DNA of 64,000 nt from Amphiscolops sp. MND2022. Lineage: Eukaryota. The position numbers and the translations under genes were made by a program. Below are positions 50,941-63,206 of the stretch, in pieces; positions within the stretch are counted from its first letter, which is position 1; each line of letters starts with the position of its first letter. The notes under the pieces were generated by a model. It saw nothing but the letters and a program-made list of their open reading frames with translations. It was not told the origin of the DNA and did no database searches. The DNA lies in NCBI GenBank assembly GCA_964187785.1, contig OZ076413.1, positions 46,502,001 through 46,566,000 of the forward strand, in the 5' to 3' direction.

Positions 50941-51879
50941 CTATTGGACTTGTGATTCAGAAGTGTCACAAAAAAATTCATTTGAGTCTTGAATTTGAAT
51001 GTTAGTGTTATGAGGTGTTGTATGCATTTCAGTTGTAGATATAGTAGTATATGGTCGGTTATCTGACGTTTCAGAATGTTCTAGAATAACATTAACATCA
51101 AAAGCAACAATTTTGAAGTATGGTATATGAAATTGTGGAACATTTATGTATCGTAAGTGTTTGAAATCATCTCTTATAATAAAAGGTAATAAACCTACTT
51201 TATCGAAGGTTTGTGGAAAATTAGTATATGCAGATTGCTCTTGTTGTACCCATACTAATTGATAATTGAATCGAAAGATTTTCAAAAGGAATCTAGCAAA
51301 GACTTGGATTTCTGGTATAGTGTCATCATTAAGTGTGAGATTTTGGAAGAAGTTGTACTGAAAATGTGTAATTTGTAATATATCTTGTTGTAACCAGTGG
51401 TGAGGGTTATTTTGTCTAGTTATCTTGGAATCAATATCTGGGACTTCAAAATATTGATGTTTTTGTTGAAGACTTTCTAATAAAGAAGGACGATTTAAAG
51501 GTTTATCTAAACTTTCATTGACTTCGATTAATTCATTTATATAGTTATGAAAACCGTCTTGTTTTGTTAGTTGTATGTTTTGTGAGTAGATTGTTCTATA
51601 GTATATTCCAGTGATAACGTTTTCAACAGGGTTAAAAATGACTTGGAATTGTGTTTGTGATGGAAGTATTTCATAAGTTTTATATCTGTTGTAATAAAGA
51701 TAAGAATCTAGATGTTCTTTAAGGAGAGGTGTGGTATGTATAGAGTGAGGTTCAATTTCAAATGGTAATGGATGTGTGTACTGAAAGATGAGATTCTGTA
51801 GAAAAGGGTTAACGTCATTAGTGATTGAACGTACATGACGAGTTGGTGCCGTACTACATTGAAAGAAAGTAGGGAGCAT
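50941..51879 (-). CDS. ORF1 / gag N-terminal domain, copy 2
   Basis: 312-aa ORF. Confidence 0.6.
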   Translation of the reverse strand: MLPTFFQCSTAPTRHVRSITNDVNPFLQNLIFQYTHPLPFEIEPHSIHTTPLLKEHLDSYLYYNRYKTYEILPSQTQFQVIFNPVENVITGIYYRTIYSQNIQLTKQDGFHNYINELIEVNESLDKPLNRPSLLESLQQKHQYFEVPDIDSKITRQNNPHHWLQQDILQITHFQYNFFQNLTLNDDTIPEIQVFARFLLKIFRFNYQLVWVQQEQSAYTNFPQTFDKVGLLPFIIRDDFKHLRYINVPQFHIPYFKIVAFDVNVILEHSETSDNRPYTTISTTEMHTTPHNTNIQIQDSNEFFCDTSESQVQ

Positions 51880-52695
51880 ATTGATTATATGGAATTCGTG
51901 ATATAGGTGTAAAATCAGGATTGGTCCTAATAGAGAAGGTTGATGGCACTGGAATACTTTGGTGTTGTAAAGAGTTACTTGAAGTAGTCGTGTGAGTGTT
52001 ATGTTCTAAAGAATATATAGAATGTTGTGTATTATGTGTAATTGTACTTGATCAAAAATACATTGTAATGGGTTGGCTGGAATTGTTTGTAATGGAGTTT
52101 TAGAAAGCGTATATTAGGAGAAGGATTTGTATGTGTCATGTTATTGTTAAAGGTGGTTGGTATGTTTGGATCAAAAGTGTTTTGTGCTTGTGTATACGGA
52201 TGTGTGGTAACAGACGTACTTTCAGGAGTTGAAGAAGATTGAAATGTAAATCGTGGGCGTGTGTTATTCATTAGACCATTAATTTTGTTATTAGAGGAAC
52301 CTGGTTGGTGAGATGTGGAAGAAGAAGTATATGTATCAGGTTCATGTGGGGGAGGTGGATGATAGTTTCTGGATGTTGGTGGTTGTAGTGATGACTGTGG
52401 TATAGTGGTATCAGTAGTAGATAAGGTCGAAGAACCTTGGGTTAAATATTATGAATCTTGTTTGTTCTGTATTGCGTCTTAAATCGTGTTCAACATGTCT
52501 TACAGGTTTTAATAAGGCATTTGAATTGACTGTGAGATCTGTACTTTGATTATCAAGTGTAGGATTTGGATTTTGAAACGTATCTTGATTATTGTCATCA
52601 TCATGATTGTCAACTGATTGAAATGACAATATCTCAAGTTGTAGAGTAGATGGTTGTTCTGTCATTGATTGTGTTCTTTGTGGATTTTGTTGTGG

Positions 52696-53634
52696 CTATT
52701 GGACTTGTGATTCAGAAGTGTCACAAAAAAGTTCATTTGAGTCTTGAATTTGAATGTTAGTGTTATGAGGTGTTGTATGCATTTCAGTTGTAGATATAGT
52801 AGTATATGGTCGGTTATCTGACGTTTCAGAACGTTCTAGAATAACATTAACATCAAAAGCAACAATTTTGAAGTATGGTATATGAAATTGTGGAACATTT
52901 ATGTATCGTAACTGTTTGAAATCATCTCTTATAATAAAAGGTAATAAACCTACTTTATCGAAGGTTTGTGGAAAATTAGTATATGCAGATTGCTCTTGTT
53001 GTACCCATACTAATTGATAATTGAATCGAAAGATTTTTAAAAGGAATCTAGCAAAGATTTGGATTTCTGGTATAGTGTCATCATTAAGTGTGAGATTTTG
53101 GAAGAAGTTGTACTGAAAATGTGTAATTTGTAATATATCTTGTTGTAACCAGTGGTGAGGGTTATTTTGTCTAGTTATCTTGGAATCAATATCTGGGACT
53201 TCAAAATATTGATGTTTTTGTTGAAGACTTTCTAATAGGGAAGGACGATTTAAAGGTTTATCTAAACTTTCATTGACTTCGAATAATTCATTTATATAGT
53301 TATGAAAACCGTCTTGTTTTGTTAGTTGTATGTTTTGTGAGTAGATTGTTCTATAGTATATTCCAGTGATAACGTTTTCAACAGGGTTAAAAATGACTTG
53401 GAATTGTGTTTGTGATGGAAGTATTTCATAAGTTTTATAACTGTTGTAATAAAGATAAGAATCTAGATGTTCTTTAAGGAGAGGTGTGGTATGTATAGAG
53501 TGAGGTTCAGTTTCAAATGGTAATGGATGTGTGTACTGAAAGATGAGATTCTGTAGAAAAGGGTTAACGTCATTAGTGATTGAACGTACATGACGAGTTG
53601 GTGCCGTACTACATTGAAAGAAAGTAGGGAGCAT
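52696..53634 (-). CDS. ORF1 / gag N-terminal domain, copy 1 (native leader context)
   Basis: 312-aa ORF; first long ORF after the leader. Confidence 0.65.
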   Translation of the reverse strand: MLPTFFQCSTAPTRHVRSITNDVNPFLQNLIFQYTHPLPFETEPHSIHTTPLLKEHLDSYLYYNSYKTYEILPSQTQFQVIFNPVENVITGIYYRTIYSQNIQLTKQDGFHNYINELFEVNESLDKPLNRPSLLESLQQKHQYFEVPDIDSKITRQNNPHHWLQQDILQITHFQYNFFQNLTLNDDTIPEIQIFARFLLKIFRFNYQLVWVQQEQSAYTNFPQTFDKVGLLPFIIRDDFKQLRYINVPQFHIPYFKIVAFDVNVILERSETSDNRPYTTISTTEMHTTPHNTNIQIQDSNELFCDTSESQVQ

Positions 53635-54236
53635 TTTGAATATTGTAGTTGTTTTATATTGAAGTTTTGTAAATTCATATATTTAAGTAGTAAAGTAATT
53701 TTGTAATATGGAGGCAAAAAATATTCTGTACTGAAATGTGTATGATATGAAAAAAATTGGTCAACAAAAAGGACTTCAAAGAAACTATTAAAACTGATAG
53801 TGAGAAAAAGTATGTATATATTCTTTATATGTGTGTTGAGTAATAATGAGATGATATATGCCAAGGAGTCAAAAAAGAAGTATTAAAATGTTAAAGTTCC
53901 TAGAGTTTAAAACTTTGGAATGAAAGGTATAAGGAATTGATCAAATGTTATGGCAATTATGGCAATGAAAGCAAGGAAAGACCAAATAAACAATATAACC
54001 CCAACCAAACTGTCATCAGTAAACATTTGAAGGTTATGATGTTTCATATATTGCTATTTATATGGTGTTCTATTTGTGATTTGTATCAGTGTCTATCTAT
54101 CCTGGGATTGTTAGAAAAGTGTTATGTTTGTGATATATTAGGAAGTTCTGTAGTGTTATCGAAAAGTTAAAAAAAAGTGTCAAAAATTGATAGAGAAGGA
54201 GTTAGAGTGTAAAAGTGTGCCAACTCAAGGAGTTGA

Positions 54237-54558
54237 TCCAGACGGCTAGAACTGAGTCTACTAGCAGGAATCGTCGGATAGGACTTTATTAGAGAGAAAC
54301 CAACACGTATCGCACGTCTGCGGTTGGAACGAAGAAAAGAAAGACCAACACGAATCACCTTTGGCGATGGTTGGAACGGAGAAAGATTTTAACCAACACG
54401 AATCTTTACAGGAGTGGTTGGAACGAAAGATATTTGACCAACACGTATCACATCTTGTGTGGTTGGAACGCAGCAGAAGTTAACTGACAGGAATTACGTT
54501 GTGGACGTAGTCAGAACCAAACCAACACGAATCAATGTTTGAGAAAATTGGTTGGAGC
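54237..54558 (-). promoter_or_regulatory. Array of bulged RNA stem-loops in the 5' leader
   Basis: Five CCAAC-ACGWAT-C..G-GTTGG units plus two variants with compensatory stems. Confidence 0.75.
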
Positions 54559-54691
54559 AAAAGGTTAAAAGGTGTAGATTATTCCAAGAGGAGGCGATAC
54601 ACAGTGTCTGACAAAAAGACATCGAATTAGGAACTTGAAAAAGCGTGTACAATAAGAGAAGAGGCGTAAAAGAAAGGCAGGTAGAATATTT

Positions 54692-54705
54692 TCTTGATCG
54701 CACCA
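54692..54705 (-). promoter_or_regulatory. PBS of element 3
   Basis: TGGTGCGATCAAGA, 2 nt after the LTR end ..GGACA; primer tRNA uncertain (Gly-like start). Confidence 0.65.
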
Positions 54706-54707
54706 AT

Positions 54708-55247
54708 TGTCCTGCTTAGATTAATGATTGTTTATGGTAGAAGTATGTTTAGTTGTTTCTATAAAAAGTTACATTCATTCTAAGCAGAAGCCGCTATTGA
54801 TACTATTAGAGATCTCTTTCAATGCTCAGCTAAGTCTTCAGGGTATGCCTTTCTAATTCTTTCAGTAGTTATGAACTGAGAGAAAACCTATCTATTGAGA
54901 GATATAAGTAAACTCTGAGTAGATATTTATCAAGACATACATCAATAATTTAACTGTCATCCAATAACTGACTAGATGAAGTAGCGTCGATAAATCGATT
55001 ATAGATTAGTGGGTCTAGTATCTAAATGATGAGGCATTCGCTAAAAAGATTAGAGATTAGTGGGTTGCCATATCAAATAACTGAGAGTCTCTATTAAATA
55101 GATTAATGGGTAGTAATATCTGGATGGTAAGAGCATTCGCTAGATGGATTAAGTTAACTTCAAGATGTCATATGTCAATTTGTCAAAGAGGAAAAGTTCT
55201 AGAAAGCTCTCTAAGAAACTTTTGAGGTCATGTATCATGGTATCACA
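54708..55247 (-). repeat. 5' LTR of element 3 (~540 bp)
   Basis: Minus strand TGTGATA...GGACA followed by the PBS; no partner LTR in the window to confirm the outer end. Confidence 0.6.
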
Positions 55248-57499
55248 CGTTCTCGTCTCGTTATCTTTATTAGAGTGAAACAACTTATTCAAGATCAGAA
55301 CAAATCAGGTCGGAGCCCCCTTATGCAACTATTCAAGCAGCGACATCCAACATTGAGTAAACTGCTGTCGTTGCGCAGGAAAGCACAAAAAAGAGAGAGG
55401 TGAAAATTGCTCGTATATGCCAAGATGCAAACTATGCTAAAGCCAACGAGCGGCTCAAATCGAATTTGAGCAATTATCAAGATAACCGAATTTTTGCTGC
55501 TAGAAGGTTTAGCAAACAATATTAGATTTTAAACAACCTTTGTTCGGACTACCTAGTTAGACATTGTTTCTTTTTCCATTAATGTTGATGAATTGTCGCG
55601 TTTTCACAACTGATATGAGTTTTCGCTTGATGTGAATAGACACCTTAGCATTTCAGTATCTGTCGCCTGATATGAGGTGTAGCTTTATTTGAGTTAAAGC
55701 CATGCCCATATTTTGTTTCCCTTTGTTGACGATTGGATAAATAGCAGTGGATATAAAAACGGCATCCTTTTTGCATCCTTGGACAGTCCTTGGCACTTCT
55801 GAGATTCTTGAAGATTGAAAATTCGCAAGTGTTCCTCAGTCCTGGAACTTTTTAAAATGAAACTCCAGTAAAAAAAGGCTTAAATTGTGACCGAAATGGA
55901 CAAAACTTCAAAAATTGACCCTTTTTTCACCTTTGTACACAACTTCTGTGAAGTTTTCAAGAGATTTCGTGGATCAGAACGTTCAAAACGTTTGAAAAAG
56001 AATAATTCTTGTCCAAAACTTTTGTCCAATAGAGTTGTTTGGGGATTTAAAAGCAGTTTTGCAAGACAAAATTGCCAAAATGACCCCAAAAGTGTCAAAA
56101 ACGTTAATTGTCGTTTTTACAATCTTTGATTCTCTAACAAATTTTTAATGAACTTTTCAAAATGTTCATGGAGAAGAGCTCTGAAACTGATCAACAACAA
56201 CTGAATACGTTGTCCAGTAGTTTTTTGAAGGGATAAATGCAGTTTTTTGATTTGAAAACATGCTTTAATTTGAAACCAAAACTGTCAAACATTCCAGAAT
56301 TTTGCAGTTTATGTAGTTTTTCATGTTATTTGAGTGCATCTTTTGAGAGTTTTGTGAATTACAAATTTCAAATCACTCAGAGGCGAAAAAAATGTATGTG
56401 GTTTTTCATAAGCAACACTTCAAAACTAGCGAGTCGGAAAATATATATACTGAACGTTTTAGTTGTTTTTGTGCAAAGTCTGTGATATTTTTGCAACGTT
56501 TCGCGGGTTGCAAAAATAGAATGTTTCAACAACAAATGCGGTTGATATCCAGTTGGCTTTTGGGAGAAGTATTTGTTGATTTGTGTTTCGAAATTGTGTC
56601 AAAATGACCGAAAAATTCTAAAATGTCAGTTTTGTTTATTTTTGACAATTTTAGTGATTGTTGGTGAACGTTTTCGTGACTTAGACGGTCCTAAGGCACC
56701 AGACGATTTATCAAGCTATGCAGCACGCCTTTTGAAGGAAAACTTTGTAGTTTTCCAGGTAGAAAAAATCTCAGAATGACCTCAAGGAGTCGGAAATTTA
56801 CACTTTTCCAGTAACAAGTTTTGTTGGAAATTTCGTAAATTTCGTTTTTTAGCAGAATGAAAACACTCAACAAACAAACGCAAAATAGAGTGAAATTTTT
56901 GAAAATCAATAGCAGTTTAATAAAAATTGCCAATTTTTGTAAAATTCAAAAACTCTAAACTTTTCAAACAGGAAGGCAAAATGTTCAAAAAAAGAATTTT
57001 CCGAATTTGTGAGGAAAAAATTCGTCAGAACGACTTAAATATTCAAAAAATACAAAATTTTCTTGTTTTTTAGTTTTTTTATATTTTTTGTAAACCTTTC
57101 GAGCAGTTTCATAATTCAACAACGACTGCACCCGGTATCCAAAAGGTGTTGTTGATGAGACACCTGCAGTTTCTTGTAGGAAAGTGCCTCAAATGAAAGT
57201 CGTCGAATAATCAAACATTTCTAATATTTTTTGACGTTTTTTGCGAACTTTCGTACAAAATTGTAAAGTATTGGTTGGTTAGGTTTCCGTGTCCACACAG
57301 GCCGACAACAAAGCAAATAGGTGTTTAGTGTGTTTTTGAAGTGTTTCCTTCTGAAATGGGATGACATTCATCAGAAAGTGTCAAGAATTTTTTTCATCAA
57401 ACTCTGCGTTTTCATTGCACGAAGGCTACTCTTGAGCCTCAAAATGTCGTTGCTAGAGCAGTTTGGACGGAAAAAATCCTGCTGTTCAGTGGGCGTCTT

Positions 57500-57960
57500 G
57501 TTATTCTTTTTCAATCCACACGAATTGACCAAAATAGTTCTACCAAAAGTTCTACAAATTTTTAGGGCGCAAAATTGTACCATTTGGCCCAGGGAACTGA
57601 ATAATCAAAAGTTCTTCCTTTTTTGCACAACGTACAAAACCGGATGAGACTAAAGGCTTCCCTCTTTCAATTTTTTTGGCACTCTAAGGTTTTTTAGAAA
57701 ATGTTTCATTGTCTCTTAAGGGTTCCCTTCTACTTTTTTGATATCTTGTAACAGAATGGATGTTAAAAAAATCCAAAGGGTCTTTTCCCCCTCTTTTTAG
57801 CGTGCCAAGGGCCAGCGCTAGCGAGCCCTCGGCGCAGCAATTCAGTCCACCTTTGGGTTTTTCGGTTACTGTGGAAGAGAATAGTTGACTTGGAAGAGAA
57901 GTCCTTTTGCTATTTTTGAGCCTTACGCGGGTTGCCTACTTATGCTGTTCCCGGCTTGTT
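57500..57960 (+). mobile_element. DINE-1/HINE-like element
   Basis: Reverse-complement similarity to 3285-4005 (TTCAATCCACACGAATTGACCAAAATAGTTCT...; ends CCCGGCTTGTT). Confidence 0.75.
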
Positions 57961-60900
57961 ATAGAATCTCATGAGGACCACGCATACAATTTGTGTTTCT
58001 TTGTATATTGTTATTTCGAGCACCAGTATAGTCGATTGTATTTCAGTTGGACAACGAAGAATAGAAAAACTTAGATTGGATTATGGAGAAATGTTGTATT
58101 TCAACGGGCACTTCTTTATGATTTTCCTCGTCGGCGGATCTACCAAAGGGGTTTTTGCTGCACTCAACTGTTTTCATTCCGTTCTCGTCTGTATTCCATT
58201 TAGCCATCAAAGAACTGAAAAACTTTTGAGGTCCTGTTTTGGCACACATTCAATCAATTTGTGAACCCGCTTTTTACTTTGCTTGTTTCATTTTTGTGCA
58301 GCTTTTGCATGCACCTGCTCGTATGTAGCTCTGCATTGTCATTGGTATTTCAGTTGGCCAGCGAAAAATAAACAACACTTAAATTGATTTTTGAAATGTT
58401 GTATTTCAACTGGCGCTTCCTCAGTTTTGTGCTGCATAGTAATGCCACCAGAGTCGACAGTTCCTTAGTTAGTTTCATTTTTCAATAGAATCTGAAAGAA
58501 GTCTAGCTTGTTTTTTGTTGGTATGGCGTGAAATAAACATTTTCATGCATCTGCACTACCTTTGCGAGTGTCGACTGGTTGTCAGTTGGTCAGATAAGCT
58601 ACAAGAATACAGCTTTGCAAGGTCTTGTTTCCAGTTTCTGACGAACCTCTGAAAACGTCTTTTTAGAGTTTGGCCTAAACAAACCTTCTACTGTTTCAAA
58701 TGAGTTTTTTCCTGTATTTGAAATTGGCGTCTGTCTTCCATTGGGCCAGCAAAAATTAGAACTTAATTTCTTTGAGGTCTTGATCTGGATTTTCAACGAT
58801 CAAACATGCATTTTGTAAATTTGTCCAACAATCAAGTAGGAAAATTAGATTACGAGGGCGGAGAGAATGTCTCAAGAACCGACCTCCATCAGAAAACAGT
58901 TTTGGTGAGCAAGTACGACTTATATCGTGTAACCGCCTATGGAACATCTCAGTAGCTCAAGTTTTTCTGCTTTCTTAAAATGACTAAGAAAATTGAAGTA
59001 ATCTTCGAATAACTTTTGAAAAAGAAAGCAAAGTCCCGACTTGTAGAAACTTGATGTTTAGCTCCCGGAGCTAGCGACGACCCAGTTCTTTTCGCTAAGC
59101 CGAGTTTCTTCCTCCATCTCGAGGCTCAACTTGCTTGTAACAATTTAACTCGGTTGTATCTATTCCAGTACATTCCAACTCAGCGTCAAACGTATTTTTT
59201 CATCGCTGGTGTTTCTAATGATTTCATCTTCACTTTCTATTATACTTAAGGTTTGCTCAACGGGGCGTCTGCATCTGAAGTATACGTGTGATCAATTTCT
59301 TGCTTGATATCCTTCTATGGTATAGCGAACTCCTCTAGTTATACTTAGACTAAAAATTGATTGCCGCCAATGACAAATAGTCCAGCAAACTGCCCGAAGT
59401 TTTCTTTCCATGATACTTCAAGTCTCCCAAGACAATTCTAAAGAGAGGCAATTGCTCAATAGTCTTCAATTACATGGTTTACATGATCCCTATACGAGCG
59501 AGAAACTTTTCGTCGTTTTCAGTGTGGTTCACCACGAATCTTCTTGTTTACCTGGAATGCATAAACTATCACGCAATTGACGCTGATATACATAGCTTAA
59601 TGAACGTTTTTCTAAAAAAAATTAAGGGTCTGGCGTAAGATGACCTTGAAGCTTATCCGTGTCATCTAACGTTCGAATATGCCGAATTATAGGGTACTGG
59701 GGTTAACGGCTCCTGAATTACATGGTGTCCGATGCAAAAGGTCAAAGGCCTCTTTTCTCCCGTGTCTGTGCATCCGATCCCGCCTTCCTTAAACAAACAA
59801 CTGTGCCTTCCATAAACCTTCCATAAACATACTCTGCGCAATTGACCGATTATCCTTTCTTTCATGGATTTTACTCAGGGTTGGCTGGTGGGTATCTTGG
59901 ACAAGTTTCATGTTGGTAGCCTCATCTGGTGAAGATTTACATAGCATTCGGTGTTTGTTTACACAGGATCCGCGTTCTCCCTGTGCATTTTTAAGACTCC
60001 GAAAAATACACGCAAACGACCTGAAAACTTATCAGCTATCAGATTTAAATATGATTTGTCTTATTCCGTGCCAAGTTGACTTAGTGCATTTTCGGTAATA
60101 ATAGCTCGGGGCTGGGTGTCCCGACTCAATTGCGACTACATAAACAGGGAGCGTGTTCCAAATTTCGTGATTCTACAATTATTAGTTTTCGAGAAATTCG
60201 AGTCAATCCAAATGAGTTTTTCGATTTATTGATGATTGGTTTTCCTAGTTGTGTGAATCTTAGAATGTTTTTGCTTCAAAGTGAGACTTAGTAAAGTAAT
60301 TTGATCAGTTCTGTCCTAACCGATCCGAACAATTACATCTCTTACACCAACCCGAGGTCTTTCTTCAAAGTGGTGAGGAGTATCGTCTACTAATAAAACA
60401 CCAGGTTTGCCAAGTAGGCATTGACAAAACACGCTATAGTCAGCGTTTTCAGCTGCTTGAATCGACGGTCTGGAAAGGTGATAAACATAGTTCTGTCTAT
60501 CGTCTGGGATTCGTGCGAAAGTGATTGGATTTTTATGAAGAGGCCTAAAAGTCCACACGTCATATGTTTCATTGTAGATGGGTCTATTTCATGCACCTGC
60601 TCGCCAGTAGCTTTGACAACATCCCGCAGTCTCGGCCTGTCTTTATGTAGCAACACAGCTACGCAACGCGGCAATAATGAGATGGAAGTTGACACTAAAG
60701 AGACTGCAATTGAGGACCAATTGTTAACATGGTGGGAGAGTTGCCCGATCTATCTCCTAATTCGTTCATCGAATCAAACCGTTGACGACGCCGATCCTAA
60801 TTTCCCACTGGACGCTGATTTCGCTAATGTACCTAGGAATAGTTATGGTGTTATAGTATGCCAGTCGCATCAGTCCCTCCCAATCGTAGGGAGCCCACTG

Positions 60901-61406
60901 CTACTAGGTCTATTCCTGTATGTCCGGGAAATGTTTCGGTAAAGAGGCCCAGTGTAATTAATGTAGCACAGTCAAGGGTCCAACCGATTACCGTTGTGGA
61001 TAGACCACAATAACCGAACTATCATCCAATCCCAATTCCCTCTCTACATAGAGTACTGGAAAATTGACAGGCCTGTCAATGTAGCGATAGATCCTGTGCA
61101 AAACCATATGCGATCCAAAACCAGAGGGACTTCAAGGCTCGCTCTTGCGAGCAAGATTTAACTAATGGGAAAATCAATCGAATATACCCACCGGTGATGC
61201 AGGTTTTTGTCAATGTTACGGTTAAACCTTCTATCAAGTGGAATCTAGGAAAACTAGTCGAAAAGCAACGCGCCAAGAATTCTTCGGCGAAAAACTCGTC
61301 GCAAGAACAGAAAACAATCTCAGACAAATATAGCGCTATAGCGTTATAGCTGTGTGATCGTACTGTGTTATTAGGTTCTAATTAATTATGAAGTATTACA
61401 CTGTAA

Positions 61407-61670
61407 ACTATAAAAGTGAAGTATTTCAAGCAATTATATAACTAAAAAAGCTATATTATGCGTGAAACTGAAAAAATTCATGCATTAATTAAGGAAATCA
61501 GTCCATAATTAGCACTGGATAATCCTTGTTTGTAAGTATACTTACAAACAGGGATTATCCAGTGCTAATTATGGACTGATTTCCTTAATTAATGCATGAA
61601 ATTTTTCAGTTTCACGCATAATATAGCTTTTTTAGTTATATAATTGCTTGAAATACTTCACTTTTATAGT
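61407..61670. repeat. 264-bp spacerless palindrome
   Basis: Arms mirror around 61538/61539 with two mismatches. Confidence 0.95.
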
Positions 61671-61673
61671 GAA

Positions 61674-61867
61674 AACTCGTCGAAAACAACTCGTCGAAAT
61701 AAAAGCGCGGAAAACTGGTCGATAAGTATCTCGTTGAATAATAATTGAGTGCAAACTCGTTGAATAATTATAATTATTCAACGAGTTTGCACTCAATTAT
61801 TATTCAACGAGATACTTATCGACCAGTTTTCCGCGCTTTTATTTCGACGAGTTGTTTTCGACGAGTT
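61674..61867. repeat. 194-bp spacerless palindrome
   Basis: Arms mirror around 61770/61771. Confidence 0.95.
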
Positions 61868-62010
61868 GCATTCGGTGAGTTGTTTTCGACGAGTTGCATT
61901 CGGTGAGTTGTTTTCGAGGAGTTGCATTCGGTGAGTTGTTTTCGACGAGTTAGATTCGGTGAGTTGTTTTCGACGAGTTACATTCGGTGAGTTATTTTCG
62001 ACGAGTTTTC
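61848..62010. repeat. 28-bp tandem repeat (~5.5 copies)
   Basis: GAGTTGTTTTCGACGAGTTGCATTCGGT units. Confidence 0.95.
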
Positions 62011-62184
62011 CGCATACCGATCAAGTGGCTCTAGAGACCAACAAGGTTTATATCAGGACAACAGAAAACCGTAAACCTGGCTGACTCCTATAAATGTAGT
62101 TAGTAAAATAACTGATAAAGGAAAACACACCGGGGACCAGCGGGCGTCTCTTTTATTTGAGATGGCGGTTCTGATATCATTTGG

Positions 62185-62209
62185 TAGAATAGAATAGAAT
62201 AGAATAGAA
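62185..62209. repeat. (TAGAA)n microsatellite
   Basis: Five units. Confidence 0.9.
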
Positions 62210-62499
62210 ACAATAAATTGCGACATTTCATGAAATTAAATAATTTGATGTAAACTAATCCCATGTCCAGAAAGCCATTCAGTTTTTCAAAGAAAACGAA
62301 AAAAAAAATAGAAAATCTTCAGTTAAGGTTTGAAATATCCGGTAACATCCATCAAATAAAGTTCAGAAACCATACAGGGCCAATGAAACTTCTTTCCAGC
62401 TGTCATAGGGCGTTTCATTCGTTCATAACTGTTGAGCGACTTGATTGGTTAACCAATTGGTCCAAAATTACGTCATATGAAAGCGTTTTGATTGGTTGA

Positions 62500-62758
62500 T
62501 TAGAAGTACCAATGGCTGAGTCTTCCGGCCCATGTTAGCGTGATTGTAAAATAGAGTATATTCCACACTAAAAAAGTGGCGGGAAATAACCACTTGGAGA
62601 CACTGTCTGCGTTATCCTTCGAGAACTGGTCCGACTGGAAGTATTCCACAATTGGGCGCAAACAGGGAAAATACTTTTTCAAGCACGTGCAGATTCTGCT
62701 CTCCTGATTTCGGTCGTCCTTTTTTTCTTTCTTCTCCAGTAGCTTCTTTTTTCTAGAT
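62500..62758 (-). CDS. Terminal exon of a Cys-loop ligand-gated ion channel subunit (M4 helix)
   Basis: ADSVSKWLFPATFLVWNILYF matches the M4 pattern D..SR..FP..F...N..YW; acceptor TGTTTGTTTTAG ending at 62759; stop at 62500. Confidence 0.82.
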
Positions 62759-63053
62759 CTAAAACAAACAGACATATGTAGCATAGCTTAACACGAGATT
62801 TGTTCCTTTTGTCGACAATTTTATCTAAATGGACGGAAAACTCTCATGTATGTCGCTATTGCAGTGGGTATAACTAAGAACCCTTGAAAATTTTCAAAGA
62901 AATTGGTTCAGACTTGCTGGGATCTGCGGGGAGATGAATTCGATCAAAAATTTAGCAATAATAATATACTTGAAATTTGTTAAAGAGCTGTTTCGGTCAA
63001 AACTCCACAAACGCCTCACAATGAAACCTGTTTTGTTTTTTTTTGAGAGAAGA

Positions 63054-63206
63054 CAGGAAAATTTCTAAATGTAAGTATGGAATATTCCATACTTACATTT
63101 AGTAATTTTCCTGACTGGAAATTTTCCTGAAATTTGAATAAGAAAGTTTCATCTTTAAATGGGCATATGCCCATTTAAAGATGAAACTTTCTTATTCAAA
63201 TTTCAG
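63054..63206. repeat. Two adjacent spacerless palindromes (60 bp and 80 bp), intronic
   Basis: 63054-63113 (one mismatch) and 63127-63206 (perfect). Confidence 0.95.

Larger units (their letters stand above)
48378..53643 (-). repeat. Tandem triplication, 1755-bp period
   Basis: Near-identical ORFs at 49186/50941/52696 and 48901/50656/52411, offset by exactly 1755. Confidence 0.97.
34981..55247 (-). mobile_element. Decayed env-bearing Ty3/Gypsy (retrovirus-like) element (element 3); 3' LTR not found
   Basis: LTR-PBS-leader-ORF1/gag-PR-RT-RH-IN-env-accessory ORFs with consistent strand skew; left boundary approximate. Confidence 0.88.

Noticed and set aside
54299..54558. CRISPR array
   Set aside because: Variable parts are ~11-18 nt and form paired stems; the array sits in a retroelement leader
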